From contig OX597814.1 of assembly GCA_951406725.2 (NCBI GenBank), forward strand, positions 134,726,001 to 134,790,000: DNA of 64,000 bases. The letters run 5' to 3'. Origin of the DNA: Octopus vulgaris (Eukaryota). The position numbers and the translations under genes were made by a program. Under the pieces are notes generated by a model. That model did not search any database. It worked only from the letters and a program-made list of their open reading frames with translations, and was not told where the DNA came from. Position 1 is the stretch's first letter. Each line of letters begins with the position of its first letter. Below are positions 63,155 through 64,000 of the stretch, piece after piece.

Positions 63155-63653
63155 GAAACTTGGTCCGTAAAGGAATATTGAAACCTACTCATGGTAATCA
63201 TCTATGTTAGTTGCTTCAGTTATTTATAATTCACTTCTCAGTCGTCCCAGACTTGACTGAATGTATGTTTCCTTAGGCCATGTAAGAACATTTTCATCTA
63301 TCTTCTTGTACTATAAAATTTATCTTCCTTCTAATCAAATTTAATCTTTAAACTCAAAACAAAGATTTGAAGACTGCTTTAGAAGGAAAATGTCTTGCCT
63401 TAATATTCTACAGAAACTTGGTCCGTAAAGGAATATTGAAACCTACACATGGTAATCATCTATGTTAGTTCTCTCCATACTTCCCAGATATTACTCTGTT
63501 AGACTTGTATTTATTTAGATGAGGAAAGTATGGTCCTTAGGCCATGTAAGAACATTTTCATCTATCTTCTTGTACTATAAAATTTATCTTCCTTCTAATC
63601 AAATTTAATCTTTAAACTCAAAACAAAGATTTGAAGACTGCTTTAGAAGGAAA
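63155..63653 (+). repeat. Tandem duplication (~260-bp period) with unrelated central segments
   Basis: 58-bp block at 63155 and 63413; 120-bp block at 63270 and 63534. Confidence 0.92.
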
Positions 63654-63687
63654 GAAGTGATACAAAATTAAGAAACTTTTACAGATA

Positions 63688-63991
63688 GGCGCAGGAATGG
63701 GTGTGTGGTAAGTAGCTTGGTAACCAACCACATGGTTCCGGGTTCAGTCCCACTGCGTGGCATTTTGGGCAAGTGTCTTCTGCTATAGCCCCGGGCCGAC
63801 CAATGCCTTGTGAGTGGATTTGGTAGATGGAAACTGAAAGAAGCCTGTCGTATATATATATATATATATATGTGTGTGTTTGTGTGTCTGTGTTTGTCCC
63901 CCTAGCATTGCTTGACAACCGATGCTGGTGTGTTTACGTCGCCGTCACTTAGCGGTTCGGCAAAAGAGACCGATAGAATAAGTACTGGGCT
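63688..63991 (+). mobile_element. Young tRNA-derived SINE
   Basis: GGCGCAGGA head, A and B boxes, core near-identical to 33103-33504. Confidence 0.92.
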
Positions 63992-64000
63992 TCAAAACTC

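Noticed and set aside
63366-63425. TTGAAGA...GAAACTTGGTC as a possible hammerhead
   Set aside because: No stem I pairing and no proper stem II closing pair

Overview
AT-rich, repeat-dense eukaryotic DNA. It is most likely a coleoid cephalopod (Octopus-type), judged from the SINE and RTE repeat families; this is inferred, not searched. Three spliced genes can be assembled by hand with consistent GT-AG phases: the 3' part of an RNF185/RNF5 RING E3 ligase (+, 9672-19372), CHCHD2/10 (-, ATG at 36535) and ROGDI (+, ATG at 42912, 9 exons, running off the right end). Introns and intergenic DNA hold many retroelement fragments: RTE LINEs with (GAT)n tails, CR1-type LINEs, two RLE-type non-LTR fossils, a Gypsy fossil, a solo LTR and tRNA-derived SINEs. 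A piggyBac fossil and MITEs are also present. Most short ORFs in the supplied track are transposon debris or microsatellite artefacts. The best lead is a 308-bp palindromic element (1531-1838) whose arms each contain a minimal hammerhead-ribozyme-like fold with a U3-A8 core covariation. Two decayed hammerhead-like copies lie about 0.7-1 kb upstream. Other leads are very young local inverted duplications (CHCHD2 promoter, ROGDI intron), a CR1/RTE chimera, a tandem duplication with a replaced hairpin core, and an ambiguous CHCHD2 C-terminus.
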